Source of the DNA: an uncultured Spirochaetota bacterium
GTDB taxonomy: Bacteria; Spirochaetota; UBA4802; UBA5550
Reading direction: 5' to 3'
Length of the DNA stretch: 64,000 nucleotides
Assembly: GCA_963827275.1 (NCBI GenBank)
Contig: CAWHAA010000005.1
Coordinates: 736,001 to 800,000, forward strand
Part shown: piece by piece, positions 40,145 through 52,071 of the stretch
Numbering within the stretch: the first letter of the stretch is position 1
Layout of the letters: each line of letters starts with the position of its first letter
The notes under the pieces: generated by a model
What the model was told of the DNA's origin: nothing
The model's database searches: none
The model's input: only the letters and a program-made list of their open reading frames with translations
Position numbers and translations under genes: made by a program

Positions 40145-40942
40145 CTACTGCTGCTTTTTGAACGCCGAAAGCCTGAAATCCCCGATGATTTCGGCGCCCC
40201 TATCGCGTATTTTCAGGATGGCGCCATACCCGGTACAGCCGGCGAAAAGGGCGGTGACCCGCTTTTTGCGTCGATCATCCAGGAACAGCTTGTTAAACAG
40301 GAGCGGGGTTTCCCAGGCGGGGTTCCGTGCCTCGATCAGGCCATCGCAGAAATCAACGACCTCGTGGAGAAGAAACGCCGACTCCTTGAGGTACTCGCTT
40401 TTATCGCGTTCGATATCGATTTCACGGACACCGGGACGCCGGAGCACCAGGATATGGTCCTCGATGCGCTTCGCCGGGAGGGTGCCCCGCGGCGCTGCCA
40501 GGGCGCCGAGCGCACCCTCAAGCGTAATGACGCGGTCTTTCAGGAGCTTGTCCTCCGCGAGCAGGAAGAGCACGGAAAGGTAATCGAGGGTGAATTCGGC
40601 AAGGGCGCCGTAGAAATGCGATATCTCCAGGCCTGCCTTCGGATGGAAGTTCAACGCCGGGTACTTCCTGATCCGCGCCGTCAGCTCCTCCATGATCCGG
40701 TCCACCTGGGCTGAAAAGGGCCGCTCCCCCTTTTTCTTCTCGTATTTTTGCTTGATTTTTTCGAAGTTGGTGATCTCGGCGAGGATGAAGGCCTCCATGT
40801 TCATCCCGTTCCTGACGGCCATGAGGTAGCGCTCGTTAAAGGCGTCGATGCTGAACCAGGTCGGGTTTTTTTTGGCATACTCCCCGTACCGCTGCTTCAA
40901 TTTTTCGATAAGGCCGCGAATTTCGCCTTCAGACATCGCCAT
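40145..40942 (-). CDS. Hypothetical protein
   Basis: 265-aa ORF with typical codon usage, co-oriented in the operon. Confidence 0.7.
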   Translation of the reverse strand: MAMSEGEIRGLIEKLKQRYGEYAKKNPTWFSIDAFNERYLMAVRNGMNMEAFILAEITNFEKIKQKYEKKKGERPFSAQVDRIMEELTARIRKYPALNFHPKAGLEISHFYGALAEFTLDYLSVLFLLAEDKLLKDRVITLEGALGALAAPRGTLPAKRIEDHILVLRRPGVREIDIERDKSEYLKESAFLLHEVVDFCDGLIEARNPAWETPLLFNKLFLDDRRKKRVTALFAGCTGYGAILKIRDRGAEIIGDFRLSAFKKQQ

Positions 40943-40958
40943 GTCCGGACGTCCTTTG

Positions 40959-42239
40959 TCAGATATACCGCTTTATGTACTCCCGGATCGCATTCCGGAG
41001 CATCTCGCGGAAAACAGGCTCGTTCTCCCTGTTGTAAAAATCAAAAAGACCCAGGAGGGAGCTTTTGTCATTGATGCGCTTGATGGAATAGAGCGCCGCC
41101 GATTTCACGTAGGTCTGGTCTTCCTTTTCCAGCACTCCGAACAGGACGGCGAGCGCCTGCCGGTTCCTGAAATTACCCAGTGAATTGCACACCTCGGCCC
41201 TCACGCGGAAATCATCGTCCCTGAGCCCGCTGCTCAGGGCGGCAAACGACTGCTGGCTCCCCGCAAGGCCGAGCACATAGGCGGCCTTGACGCGGAGCCC
41301 CTGGTTCCGGTCATTGCGCAGGACCATGTCAAGCCCCCGCACGTCCCCGACCCTGCCGAGGCCCGAGAGGATCTCGAGCAGCAGCTCCTTGATCTCATTG
41401 TCGTCTTCGCCGGCAAGGCGGAGCGAGACCGGGTTCACCGATGTCATGGAGTTGATGCGGCTGATCGATTTCGCGCTTTCACTCCGGACGTCCCGGTTTT
41501 TGTCGCTCAGCGTCGCATGGAGGACCCCCAGGCCGTTGCCGTCCCGCAGGGCGCCGATGGCCTCGATCGCGGCGATCCGCACCTCGTCATTCCTGTCGCT
41601 CATCGCGGACGTCCGTATGTGGACCAGGGACTCGGCGATCCTGTTCTCCTTGAGGCAGTTGATCACGTATATGCGAATCGACTTGTTGTCGTCCCGCAGC
41701 AGGCCGGTGAGGGACTGGTAGAAGCGCCGGTCGTAGAGGTAATTCATGGCTTCGATGAAATAGATGCGGTGCACGGGATTCGGGCTGTTTACCATGCCCA
41801 GGATCACCGGGTACAGGCGGTCATCTCCGGTCTTCTTGAGGGCGCGCGCGGCGCTCTTCCGTATGGCGTAGTGCGGGCTCACGAGGCGGCGGGCGAGCGG
41901 CTGGACGAAGCGCCGGTCCATGAATTCCGACATGCCGTCGATGACCCGGACCGCGGTGCTCACCCGCACGGCGCGGTCGAGCAGCTCAAGCCAGCGCGTC
42001 CCCACCTCCTCGGCGGGAAAGGCGCGCAGTTTCTTCACCAGGTCCTGCCGCTTCGACTCGTCGGGCTCTTCCATGACGGCGTCGATGAGGCCGTGCAACT
42101 CCCTCGATGAAACCCGCTCGGCCGCGTAAAGCTGCGCCGTCGCGCCGCCGCAGGCGCCGGTAAGCAGGGAGGGGCCGCAGAGGACCGATACCAGGACCAC
42201 GGCAGCGGCGGTGATAATTTTTTTCATGCGTGTATTCAT
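40959..42239 (-). CDS. Exported HEAT-repeat protein
   Basis: Repeated D....VR..A...LG units; N-terminal hydrophobic signal. Confidence 0.85.
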   Translation of the reverse strand: MNTRMKKIITAAAVVLVSVLCGPSLLTGACGGATAQLYAAERVSSRELHGLIDAVMEEPDESKRQDLVKKLRAFPAEEVGTRWLELLDRAVRVSTAVRVIDGMSEFMDRRFVQPLARRLVSPHYAIRKSAARALKKTGDDRLYPVILGMVNSPNPVHRIYFIEAMNYLYDRRFYQSLTGLLRDDNKSIRIYVINCLKENRIAESLVHIRTSAMSDRNDEVRIAAIEAIGALRDGNGLGVLHATLSDKNRDVRSESAKSISRINSMTSVNPVSLRLAGEDDNEIKELLLEILSGLGRVGDVRGLDMVLRNDRNQGLRVKAAYVLGLAGSQQSFAALSSGLRDDDFRVRAEVCNSLGNFRNRQALAVLFGVLEKEDQTYVKSAALYSIKRINDKSSLLGLFDFYNRENEPVFREMLRNAIREYIKRYI

Positions 42240-42411
42240 GTCGTGCCGAACGATACGCTCCGTTTCGCGTGCGCCGGATTTTGTCGCAGCGGGCACGGGC
42301 GGCCCGGCGGAAATAAGTTTTTTCTTAATAAAACAAGAACCCGGTTACACCGGGCCCCTTCTCAACCTCGCCGATATGGTGCGCGCCGGAGCGCGCATCG
42401 CCGGTGCGCTG

Positions 42412-43020
42412 CTATTTCAAGACCCCGTGAAGATAGTACGTCGCCATGGAGTTGATAAGATTCTGGTTCAGGACGTTCTGTTTCGCGCGGTCAGTCTGGT
42501 AAACCACCAGCATGACGCCGCCTATGATCATCGTCGCAGTGATCTTCGGATCAAGCGTCGACTTGTAGATGTTCCGCTTCATCAGCTCTTCCACCTCATG
42601 CGCCACATGCTTCTCGATCGTCGCAATGGCAACGCCCACCTTTTCATTGACGTCTTCATCCACGCCGACGATCTCCTTGAAAATAAGCTTGATGACGATC
42701 GGCTCGCCCAGGATGACCGTGATGCACGATACCAGCCGCTTGTTCACGAACGCGAGGACCGCGTCAGTTGACGGGTTATGGGTGAAAAATTCATTGAAAT
42801 CGTCCTGGTCGAAAATATCCTCAATACTTTCTATCACCACATCCAGGATGGCGTACAGGATCTCCTTCTTGTTCCTGAAATACTGATACACCGTGCCGCG
42901 CGCGATATCGAGCTTCTCGCACACCTGCCCGATGTGGGTGCTCTGGAAGCCGTTATCGATGAACATGTTCTTCGCGGTATCGACAATCTGCTGTTTTCTT
43001 CTTTCTCCTTTTGGTGGCAT
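42412..43020 (-). CDS. TetR/AcrR-family transcriptional regulator
   Basis: GFQSTHIGQVCEKLDIARGTVYQYFRNKKEI. Confidence 0.93.
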   Translation of the reverse strand: MPPKGERRKQQIVDTAKNMFIDNGFQSTHIGQVCEKLDIARGTVYQYFRNKKEILYAILDVVIESIEDIFDQDDFNEFFTHNPSTDAVLAFVNKRLVSCITVILGEPIVIKLIFKEIVGVDEDVNEKVGVAIATIEKHVAHEVEELMKRNIYKSTLDPKITATMIIGGVMLVVYQTDRAKQNVLNQNLINSMATYYLHGVLK

Positions 43021-43036
43021 GCCTACTCCCTCGCGG

Positions 43037-43168
43037 TTACCTGAGCGTTCTCTTGTTTTTATCTATAGAAGAACATTTTAATTTTTCAATCTCTTCCTTT
43101 ATGGGGATCAAGCTGTCCATTAATTCCCGCATGATCCTGTCTGCTTTTTCCTGCAATTCCCTGCTCAT
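43037..43168 (-). CDS. Possible small protein (~43 aa) upstream of tetR
   Basis: MSRELQEKADRIMRELMDSLIPIKEEIEK..., preceded by AGGA; below the ORF-track length cutoff. Confidence 0.3.
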   Translation of the reverse strand: MSRELQEKADRIMRELMDSLIPIKEEIEKLKCSSIDKNKRTLR

Positions 43169-43635
43169 GTCCTGACTGTCGTGTATGCAATAATGATTGG
43201 CCCTGTCTTGTTTATGCTCCCGCTCCTGCGGACGATAAACAGAGAGCGCCTCTTTATCTTCTTATCGAATTAATCAGGGAGACCCTTGATATAATTCAGG
43301 GGCTGATGAAACTAAAAAACGGACCTCATAATTAATCACGAATAACTAATTAGATATAAAATTTAATATATTACATAATTCAGGATAATGTGTATGAAAC
43401 AACAATATATTATTTTGGGTCAACAATTTTTCATAAATATCCAGTTTTTTTATAAAATCATTGGAAAAACAGGAAGAAAGCGGGTTACTATAGCGTATTA
43501 TTATAAAAAATCTAGCGGGTGGGAATTATCCAGGCGTTTTTTCGAGGACTTAAAAACAGCAGCCCCTTGTAACAGGCTTGAGCTTATTACCAGGGGCCAT
43601 GTTTTCCACAATCCCCTATCTTCATTGTACACCCC

Positions 43636-43920
43636 TTACAGGATTAAGGTTATGCAGCGGTATTTACCGATGACCCCAGTGTATTGCTTTCCGACTGGAT
43701 CCTGTATTTTTGAACCAATCATCATGTACAGAAAATTCTGAACATCCTGAAGGCTCATGATGACCTGCTCGCGAACTTCCTCGCCGGCACTGTTGCCGGT
43801 AGCAAACGGAAGGCTCACTTCAGGTTTTCTCCCGGCTGCAATCCCGCCGGCCTGTAAGTCGGTAAAATCACTGGATCGTGGTATTGAATATGGTGCAGTG
43901 TTGATTACGTTGACATCCAT
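43636..43920 (-). CDS. Hypothetical small protein
   Basis: Strong RBS AAGGAGG before MDVNVINT...; LQDVQNFLYMMIGS helix; 3' end uncertain. Confidence 0.55.
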   Translation of the reverse strand: MDVNVINTAPYSIPRSSDFTDLQAGGIAAGRKPEVSLPFATGNSAGEEVREQVIMSLQDVQNFLYMMIGSKIQDPVGKQYTGVIGKYRCITLIL

Positions 43921-44245
43921 TTCATTAACCTCCTTCCATGGATTCGTATCTATATTCATTTTCGACAAAATCATGATTCTTTAATAAAAAAAAATATTTT
44001 TTTTCAAACTAAAACAAAGAAGCGGCCGGAAATCACCTGTTTTGACATTAAATGTGGTCATATTTTTAATAATATATATTTTAATATTATTATATTCCTC
44101 CCGCTATAGTTATCGTGATTTTAGTACTTGACAACGGAAAATTCAAAGTAACAATCCCATTTCTTAAAGCGGTCTGGATCCACGGTGCTTGAATCTCAGA
44201 ATGCGCTTATCATGCGGGATGGAGAGCGAATTTCCGGGTGAATAT

Positions 44246-45004
44246 ATGAGGAACAATACATTATTCTATAATCTCTACCAGGTCTACAAGTACCTGGTCT
44301 TTTTCCCGCTCCTCGGCATCTCCACCACCGTGCTGTTCATCATCATTTTCATCTTCCTTTTCGTCGCCAGCGAGCGCTTCGTCCAGTTTGCCGGTATCCA
44401 GTGGGCACGGTTCAACAGCTTCATCACCCCGATGTTCGTGAAGGTCACCGGGGAGGAGAATATCGTCAAAAACCGGTCGTACGTGGTCGTCGCCAATCAC
44501 CAGAGCCAGTATGATATATTTCTTGTATACGGCTGGCTCCCCATCGACTTCCGCTGGGTGATGAAGATGGAGCTGCGCAGGGTCCCGATCCTCGGCTATT
44601 ACTGTTACAAGGCGGGGCACATCTTTGTGGACCGCTCCGACAGCAAGTCGGCCATAGAATCCATCAACCGGGCGAAGGGCAGGATCAGGGGCGGCACCTC
44701 CGTGGTCTTCTTCCCCGAAGGGACCCGCAGCGAAACCGGCGAGCTCCTGACATTCAAGAAGGGGGCCTTCAAGTTCGCCGTCGAGATGGGGCTCCCCATC
44801 CTGCCGATTACCATCGCGGGCACGAGGGACATCCTGCCCGCGAATACCACCGGCCTCTTCCCCGGCAGCGCCAGGATGATCATCCACCCGCCGATCGAGT
44901 GCGCCGGCCTGACCGATGCCGGCATCAGCGACCTGGTGGAAAAGTCACGGGCCGTGATACTGAAAGGCCTCGAAGACCACGCGGCACGGCGCGCCGATGC
45001 GTGA
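44246..45004 (+). CDS. plsC: 1-acyl-sn-glycerol-3-phosphate acyltransferase
   Basis: ANHQSQYD, IFVDRS, FFPEGTRS, FKKGAF. Confidence 0.92.
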   Translation: MRNNTLFYNLYQVYKYLVFFPLLGISTTVLFIIIFIFLFVASERFVQFAGIQWARFNSFITPMFVKVTGEENIVKNRSYVVVANHQSQYDIFLVYGWLPIDFRWVMKMELRRVPILGYYCYKAGHIFVDRSDSKSAIESINRAKGRIRGGTSVVFFPEGTRSETGELLTFKKGAFKFAVEMGLPILPITIAGTRDILPANTTGLFPGSARMIIHPPIECAGLTDAGISDLVEKSRAVILKGLEDHAARRADA

Positions 45005-46387
45005 CCGGCTGTCCCGCATAATCGAGCGGACGCGCTCCCTGCTCTCATCGCACGGAAGCGGGTACGCCGAGGTCCGCCTTGCCGCGAGCAGCGGGACGAC
45101 CATCTCCCTTTCAGGCGAACAGGTCGAGACCTTTTCCGCCGGCGACACCATCAGCGGGTCGGTCCGGGTGCTCAACAACGGCGCGTGGGGCTTCATCTCC
45201 TTCAACGACCCGGAGGAGATCGAGCGGCATTTCAGGCGGGCGATGGAGATATCCTCGTCGCTGAACCCGCGGGAAAAGACGAAGATCCGCCGCCAGGACG
45301 CGGTGCGGCGCCGGTTCGTCACGGACGCACGCCGGCCCTTCGAGGCCGTTCCCCTGGAGGAAAAATTCGAGCTCATCAGCGGCTACAACAAGATACTGCG
45401 GTCATCATCAAAGATACAGACGACCCGCGCGACATACCGCGATGTCCGCTCCGACTACGCCTACCTGAATTCGGAGGGCTCGGAGCTCACCTACGACAGG
45501 GCCTACTGCGGCGTCTCCTTCTCGTCGATCGCCAAGGACGGCGCGGTCATCCAGCCCTTCAGCGATTCCGTTTCCGGCTACGGCGGCTTCGAGATCGCGC
45601 AGGGCCGCGACGAGATGGCCCGCGGCGTGGCAAAGACCGCGGTCGATCTCCTCGCCGCGGAACCGCTCCCCGGGGGCACGTACCGGGTCGTCGCTGACCA
45701 GAAGCTCGCCGGCGTCTTCATACACGAGGCGTTCGGCCACCTCTCCGAGGCGGATTTCATCTACGAAAACGAACGGCTCAGGGAGATGATGGTCCTCGGG
45801 GCGCGCTTCGGCCCCGAGACGCTCACCGTCATGGACAGCGGCGACATGCAGCGGCCTTGCCGGCTACATCCCGTTCGACGACGAGGGGATCCTCCCGGGA
45901 GAGACCTTCCTCATAAAAAACGGGCTCCTGTCGCGGGCGGCTCCACTCGCGCGAGACCGCGGAAAAGATGGGCGAGCAGACCACCGGAAACGGCAGGGCC
46001 ATCAGCGCGATGCAGCAGCCCATCGTGCGCATGACCAACACCTACATAGAGAACGGCGCACACGGCCGCGACGACCTGATAGAGGCCGCCGGCGACGGCG
46101 TCCTGGCTGCGGGCTTCATCGGCGGCCAGACAAACCTGGAGATGTTCACCTTCACGTCGGGCTACGGCCACGAGATCAGGAACGGCAAGCTCGGCCCCAT
46201 GTACCGGAATATCGAGCTGTCCGGCAACGTGTTCACCACGCTGCGGAACATCGAGATGATCGGCAACGACAGGATCATGTACGGGGGCCTGGGCGGCTGC
46301 GGCAAGGGGGGCCAGAGCCCCCTGCCGGTCTCTTTCGGCGGCCCGCACCTCCTGATAAAAGACGTGCTGATCGGAGGGTCACAGTGA
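44997..46387 (+). CDS. tldD: TldD metalloprotease; apparent frameshifts at about 45850-45940
   Basis: VFIHEAFGHLSEAD, PFDDEG, TGNGRA..PIVRMTNTYI, GGCGKGGQSPLPVSFGGPH. Confidence 0.9.
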
Positions 46388-47677
46388 TCGAACGGATCGC
46401 GGAACGCCTGTCGGGCAGGGCGCGCTGGTTCGATGTGATCGAGACCAGGGGGTCGAGCACCCCCATCTCGTTCGCGAACAACCGTCTCCACTCCGTCACC
46501 GAACGCCATAACAGCGGGTTCGGCGTGCGGGTGAACGTGAACGGCAGGACCGGCTTCTCCTACACCAACGACGCCGACCGCCTGGAGCAGACCGCGGACC
46601 GCGCCCTCGCGCTCGCGGCGTGGGGCGACGAGGAGGACTTCGAGCTCCCCGGGAGCGCGCCGAAGCCCTTCGAGCCCCACGACCCCGCCATAGACTCGTT
46701 CGATGCCGCCGGGGAAATTGCCCGCATCGAGGACGCCATCGCGGCGCTCCGCGCACGGTTCCCCGCCGCAGTGATCGACGCCGGCGTCAGCGCGTCGTCC
46801 GGGCAGTCGCGGATCGTCAACTCGCGGGGCCTGGACGCGTCGTACCGCAGCAGCATCTACTCGTCCTACCTGTCGGCGACGCTGATCCTCGACGACGGGA
46901 CGCGGGTCGAGACCGGCGAGAGCGCGTCGTCGCTCGCGCCCGAACCCCACGACGAGTTCAGGGAAAAGATCATCCGCAAGGTCGAGGCGGCGCTGCGGCC
47001 CGCCTCCCTCGGCAGCGGCAGGGTGCCGGTGGTCATGACGCCGCACGCGTTCGCGCGCCTCGCCGGCATCCTGACCGCGGGGCTGAGCGCGAAATCGGTG
47101 TGGAAGGGCATCTCCCCCTTCGCGGGCAGGCTGGGCGACGCAATGTTCGACGGGCGCCTGACCGTTACGGACGATCCCCTCATGCACGGCTCGCCCTACA
47201 GCTATCCCTTTGATGACGAGGGGACCCCGGCCGGGGAAAAATTCCTGGTGGAACGGGGGCAGGATCGGGACCTTCATCAACGACCTGAAATACGCGGGAA
47301 AGCTGGGCGCGGCCCCCACCGGCAACGGCGCGCGCGGCTATTCGTCGCTCCCCTACCCTTCATTCAGCAATATCGTGATTGGGCCGGGGACCGAATCGCG
47401 CGACGCGATCATCGGGGGCATGGCGCGCGGCATCCTGGTCGAGCAGTTCCTCGGCCTGGGCCAATCGAACACCCTTACCGGCGACTTCTCCGCGAACCTG
47501 GACCTGGCCTACCTGGTCGAGAACGGCACGATCACCGGCAGGGTGAAGGACTGCATGATCGCCGACAACCTGTTCAGGCTCCTGGCCGGCGAGATCGTCC
47601 TGAGCGCCGAGCGCGAGCGCGCCGGGTCGGTGCTGGCCCCCTTCATCCTCTTCCCGTCGGTTAATTACACCGGGTGA
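46384..47677 (+). CDS. pmbA: TldE/PmbA partner protein; apparent frameshift near 47250
   Basis: YPFDDEGTP, PTGNGARG, NTLTGDFS; no HExxH; follows tldD. Confidence 0.88.
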
Positions 47678-47857
47678 CGGGGACATGCAATCCCCGATCA
47701 TTAAAAGTAAAAATGGAATCGGGATTATACGAGGCGGACGAGCGGGACAATCCCCGATAAATAGTATAAAAATTAAATTTGTATCGACAAACCGGCGCGG
47801 CCAGCGCTACCATTGCCCCATTCCGGGTTATTCCGACTAACGGCATGTAACGGACAA

Positions 47858-50259
47858 ATGCGCATAACAGCCGCCAAAAATATTATCATGACGCTGCTCG
47901 CCGCGGCATTCCTGCTCGCGCCGCCCCTGGCGGCGGCGCCGGCCGAGCCCGCGAAAAAATTCGATCCCTTCAAGAAATTCAACAGGCGCCCCAGGATAGC
48001 GCTCGTCCTTTCCGGCGGCGGCGCCAAGGGGCTCGCCCACGTCGGGGTCCTCAAGATCATCGAGCAGACGGGCCTGCGGGTCGATTACATCACCGGGACG
48101 AGCATGGGCAGCATCGTCGGCGGGCTCTACGCGTCCGGGTACAACGCGACTATGCTCGAGGACCTGGTCATCACCATGGACTGGGACGACTACCTTGCTG
48201 ACGCGGTATCGCGCAGGAGCAGCGCCATCGAGGAAAAGGGGGAGTTTGACAAGTATCTCGCCTCGTTCCAGATACGCAAGGACGGCATCCAGCTCCCCAC
48301 CGGGTTCAAGCGCGGGCAGAAGCTCACCGCGCTCCTGTCGCGCCTCACGCTCCATGTGCAGAACATACACGATTTCGACAAGCTGCCGATCCCCTATCCG
48401 CTGCGTCACGACCGATATCGTGACCGGCGAGGCCCATGTCATCAGGAGGGGATACCTGCCGGACGCCATGCGCGCCAGCATGGCCATCCCCTCCATCTTC
48501 ACCCCCATTGAAATCGACGGCCGCCTCCTGGTCGACGGCGGCATCGTGCGGAACCTGCCCGTCTCGGACGCGAGGGAGATGGGGGCCGATATCGTCATTG
48601 CCGTTGACGTGGGCGCCCCCCTCTACAAGAAGGAAGAGCTCAAATCCGTGGTCAATATCATGGACCAGTCGGTGAGCTTCCTGGGGGCAAAGTCAACGAA
48701 GGAGCAGCAGCTCCTGGCGGACGTCCTGATCATCCCCGATATCGCCGGGTTCGGCGGCAGCGACTTCAACCGCGGCAGGGAGCTGATCGCCAACGGGGAA
48801 AAAGCGGCGCGCCTCGCGCTCCCGGAGCTGGAGAAGCTGGCCGAGCTGCAGAGCAGGTTTCCCTCCGACAGGAAGGGCCTGGTCCTGACGTACGACCTGG
48901 CGCAGGCAGGCAGCGTGAAGGCGAAAAAGGCCCAGCGGCTTGAGATCAACGCCATCGACATCCGCGGGCTCAGGCGGGTCTCGCGGAACCTGGTGCTGGG
49001 AAAGCTTGGATTCACCCCTCCCGCGCGGGTGGCCCCTGACGACCTCATGGAGGCGATTGACCGTGTGTATGCCAGCGGGTTCTTCCAGCGCGTCACCTAT
49101 GAAATCAATACGGCTGAAGACGGCGGCATAATCCTGATCATCCGGGTCGAGGAGCTGTCAGGAACGTTTCTCAAAGTGGGCCTGAGCTACGATTCGGACA
49201 TGAGCGCGGCGGTGCTCCTGAACATGACCCTGCGCAACCTTGCCGGGAAAGGATCGAAGGTCTCCCTGGACGCGCGCCTGAGCCAGTACCCGGGCGCCGT
49301 TCTCGCCTACTATATCCAGACCGGGCTGCGCAAACCGGGCCTGGGATTCGGCGTGAAGGCGCACTATGACAATTTTACCATATACTCCTACAAGACCGGC
49401 GACCTCCAGTCGAGCTACAAGTACCACAATTACGGTCCGGACCTGTACGTGCAGGCGACGATCCTCCAGGACATCGCCCTGGGCATCGGGATACAGAAGG
49501 ACTTTACCAATATCGTCGCGCAGATTGCCCCCAACGACCCGAAGAAGCAGGACGTGGAAGGGCTGAACTATTACGCATACCTCATGTTCGACAACCTGGA
49601 CCGGACCTTCTATCCCCATTCCGGCCTGCAGCTATACGGCGAGGTAAAGTACATCACCGACGACCTGCCGATGATGAAAAACACGGCAATGTACAAAAAC
49701 TTCCTCAAGACCACGGCGCGGATAAAAGGATATATCCCCATGCATAAAAGGTTCTCGATGTTCCTGGGGGTCTCGGGTGGGTTCATCGTGGCGAAGGAGC
49801 CGTACTATTTCCACTTTGACGTGCCGGGCGGATGGAACGTGTACCAGAGAAAGATCCCGTTCATCTATGAAAACTATATCGGCGGCCTGAACACCTATAC
49901 CACGGGGTGCTTCCCTTTCACGGGGCTCAACTTCATGCAGATGTACGGCAAACACATGCTGATGGGAGATATCGGCTTCCAGATAGAGTTCTGGAAAGAC
50001 CTGTTCATAGTCCTGCAGGGGCTCGGTCGGCAGGATCAAGGATAATTTCAGGGACCTGTTCAGGGAAAAGAACCTGATCTGGGAGTCGTATTACGGCTAC
50101 ATCCTGCCGATCACCCAGCACGCCAGAAACGACATCAAGTACGGCTACGGCCTTACCCTCGCCTACAACTCGCTGATCGGCCCCATCGAGATAACCCTGA
50201 TGCGGGGGAGCGAGTCGAACAAGTTCCTGGTCCTCGCGAACCTCGGGTTCCGGATATAG
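47858..50259 (+). CDS. Patatin-like phospholipase with POTRA and C-terminal beta-barrel (PlpD-like); apparent frameshifts near 48390 and 50025
   Basis: [28 protein letters not shown]-like [11 protein letters not shown], ends [10 protein letters not shown]...ANLGFRI*. Confidence 0.87.
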
Positions 50260-50281
50260 CCCGGTTCCCCGGCTTCCCGCG

Positions 50282-51001
50282 TCACAAAACGCTCATCACC
50301 GAAATTGCAGCGCCGCCCGCGAGCAGCGCGGACACGACCGCGGCCCAGGGACGCGGCCATCCTTCACCCCGCCGGACCGCCTCTATGACGATGCACTGGG
50401 ACAGGACGAAGGGGAGCGACAGGACCAGGAGGTAGAGCACCGCCACTCCGAGATCCTCACGCAGCCCGACGAAATAGAGCGGGACGAGCGCCGCTGAGAC
50501 AACAATGGCGGCGATGTGAAATCTCATGAGGCTCTTCGAGTACGCACCGCCTTCCCGGTGCCGCACCAGGGAAACAAAGCCCGCTGCCGCGGCCGCCACG
50601 CCGTCGATGAACACCAGGCAGGCGCACAGGAGCCCCAGGAACTGGCCGGCGAGCATGTAGACCCCGTCGAAGAGAAACTGGATGCCGGGGAGAAGGCCGA
50701 TAACCAGCCCGCTGATGCCCGCCGCGATCGCGCGCCAGCACGAGGCGAAGGCCCCGAGCGCGCGCCCCGTCTCCTTTTTATAAAAGGAGAGCGCCAGGAG
50801 CAGCGCAAAGACCAGGAGCGCAATGACGTACATGAACGCCGCGTCCCCGTGCACCAGCTCGTACCCGCGGTAGGTGGCAATCTTCTTCGTGGAGCAATGC
50901 ATGACGTCCACGTAGGGGAGCGTAAACGAAAAGATAAATGCGCAGTATAATGCCCGGAGCGCATGGGGCCGGACACGCAGGGCCAGTTCCTTGATCGTCA
51001 T
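50282..51001 (-). CDS. Hypothetical multi-pass membrane protein
   Basis: About 7 hydrophobic segments; RBS GGAGG. Confidence 0.7.
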   Translation of the reverse strand: MTIKELALRVRPHALRALYCAFIFSFTLPYVDVMHCSTKKIATYRGYELVHGDAAFMYVIALLVFALLLALSFYKKETGRALGAFASCWRAIAAGISGLVIGLLPGIQFLFDGVYMLAGQFLGLLCACLVFIDGVAAAAAGFVSLVRHREGGAYSKSLMRFHIAAIVVSAALVPLYFVGLREDLGVAVLYLLVLSLPFVLSQCIVIEAVRRGEGWPRPWAAVVSALLAGGAAISVMSVL

Positions 51002-51017
51002 TTTGACCTCCTTTCCG

Positions 51018-52033
51018 CTACAGCGAATACAGAATGTCGGCCGCCAGGCCGAACACCGGGTTTGCCGCCAGCTCCTTCGAGGCGCCGCCGCTCTTCAGCC
51101 TGTAATCGGTCACCCCGATCAGCGTAAACACGCGCCGCAGCCGTTCCCGGGGAAACGATTCCGTGTAGCGGCGGAATTTCTCCCTGTTCTTGCTGTAGAC
51201 CCCGGCCCGGGACATCGCGTCCTCGGCCGGCAGACCGCCTTCAACCAGCGTGTAATAGGTTTCTATCATCTCCGCCTGCCGCAAAATCTGGTACACGACC
51301 CGCAGGTCGGGCGTCCCCTCCTCGTTGACCTTCCTGAACAGGGAAAGCGCCCGCGGCTCCCGCCTGAACAGGGCGTCGACAAAATCGTACACCGTCGCCT
51401 CCTTGAGGTCGTCGACAAAGTTCTTTATCATATCGGCGGTCACCGTGCCCGCCTCCCCCGAGAAGCGTGATCATGTCTATGGCGTCATCAATTTTCTTGA
51501 TGTCATTGCCCGTGCGCGCGACCAGGAGGTCCAGCGCCCGGTCATCGATGGCGAGCCCCCTCTTGCGCATTGCCGCCGCTATGTAGTTATAGATGTCGTT
51601 GTCGTAATAGCGCCAGAACTGGACGATCTTGAACTGGTCCAGGGACTTTGCCATGACGGGGGGCGGCTTTATCTCGCGGGTGGTCATGATGAGGAGGGTC
51701 GAGTCGGGCAGCTCCCTCAACAGGTCCTGGAACAGCTCGCCCTGCTTTGCCGTAAGGGCGTCGATGTTGTACATGACGCATACCCGCCGGGCGGAGAACA
51801 TGGGCGGCGAGAGGGCGAAATCAACGGCGTTCATGAACTCGTCGTTCTCGATATGGAACCGCCCCGTGCCCCCCGCCCGCTCGTTCGGATCGTTGAAGGC
51901 CATCACGCATGATCCGGTTGATGCACTTGTCCTTCTCGCCCACCTCTTCGCCCAGGAAGAGGTAGCGCTGCTCCAGGCGGTCCCCGTCCAGCTCCCGCTT
52001 GAACTGCTTTGCGTTCGGATATTTTTCAGGCAT
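51018..52033 (-). CDS. holA: DNA polymerase III delta subunit; apparent frameshifts near 51460 and 51900
   Basis: YLFLGEEVGEK, PMFSARRV, ALDLLVARTGND, VYDFVDAL, DYRLKSG; adjacent to lptE. Confidence 0.85.
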
Positions 52034-52071
52034 GTCCCCTGTCCCCGCCGTTCATGCGGCGCAGCGTCGCG

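Noticed and set aside
43940..43990. Sigma28 promoter (TAAAG...GTCGAAAA, minus strand) for the 43636-43920 gene
   Set aside because: The boxes resemble the consensus but the spacing is about 2 nt short; not reported as a feature.
43300..44200. AT-rich stretch as a replication origin or foreign island; ORF 43388-43741
   Set aside because: No cluster of DnaA boxes or mobility genes seen. Consistent with promoter regions around a small gene; the + strand ORF looks non-protein-like.
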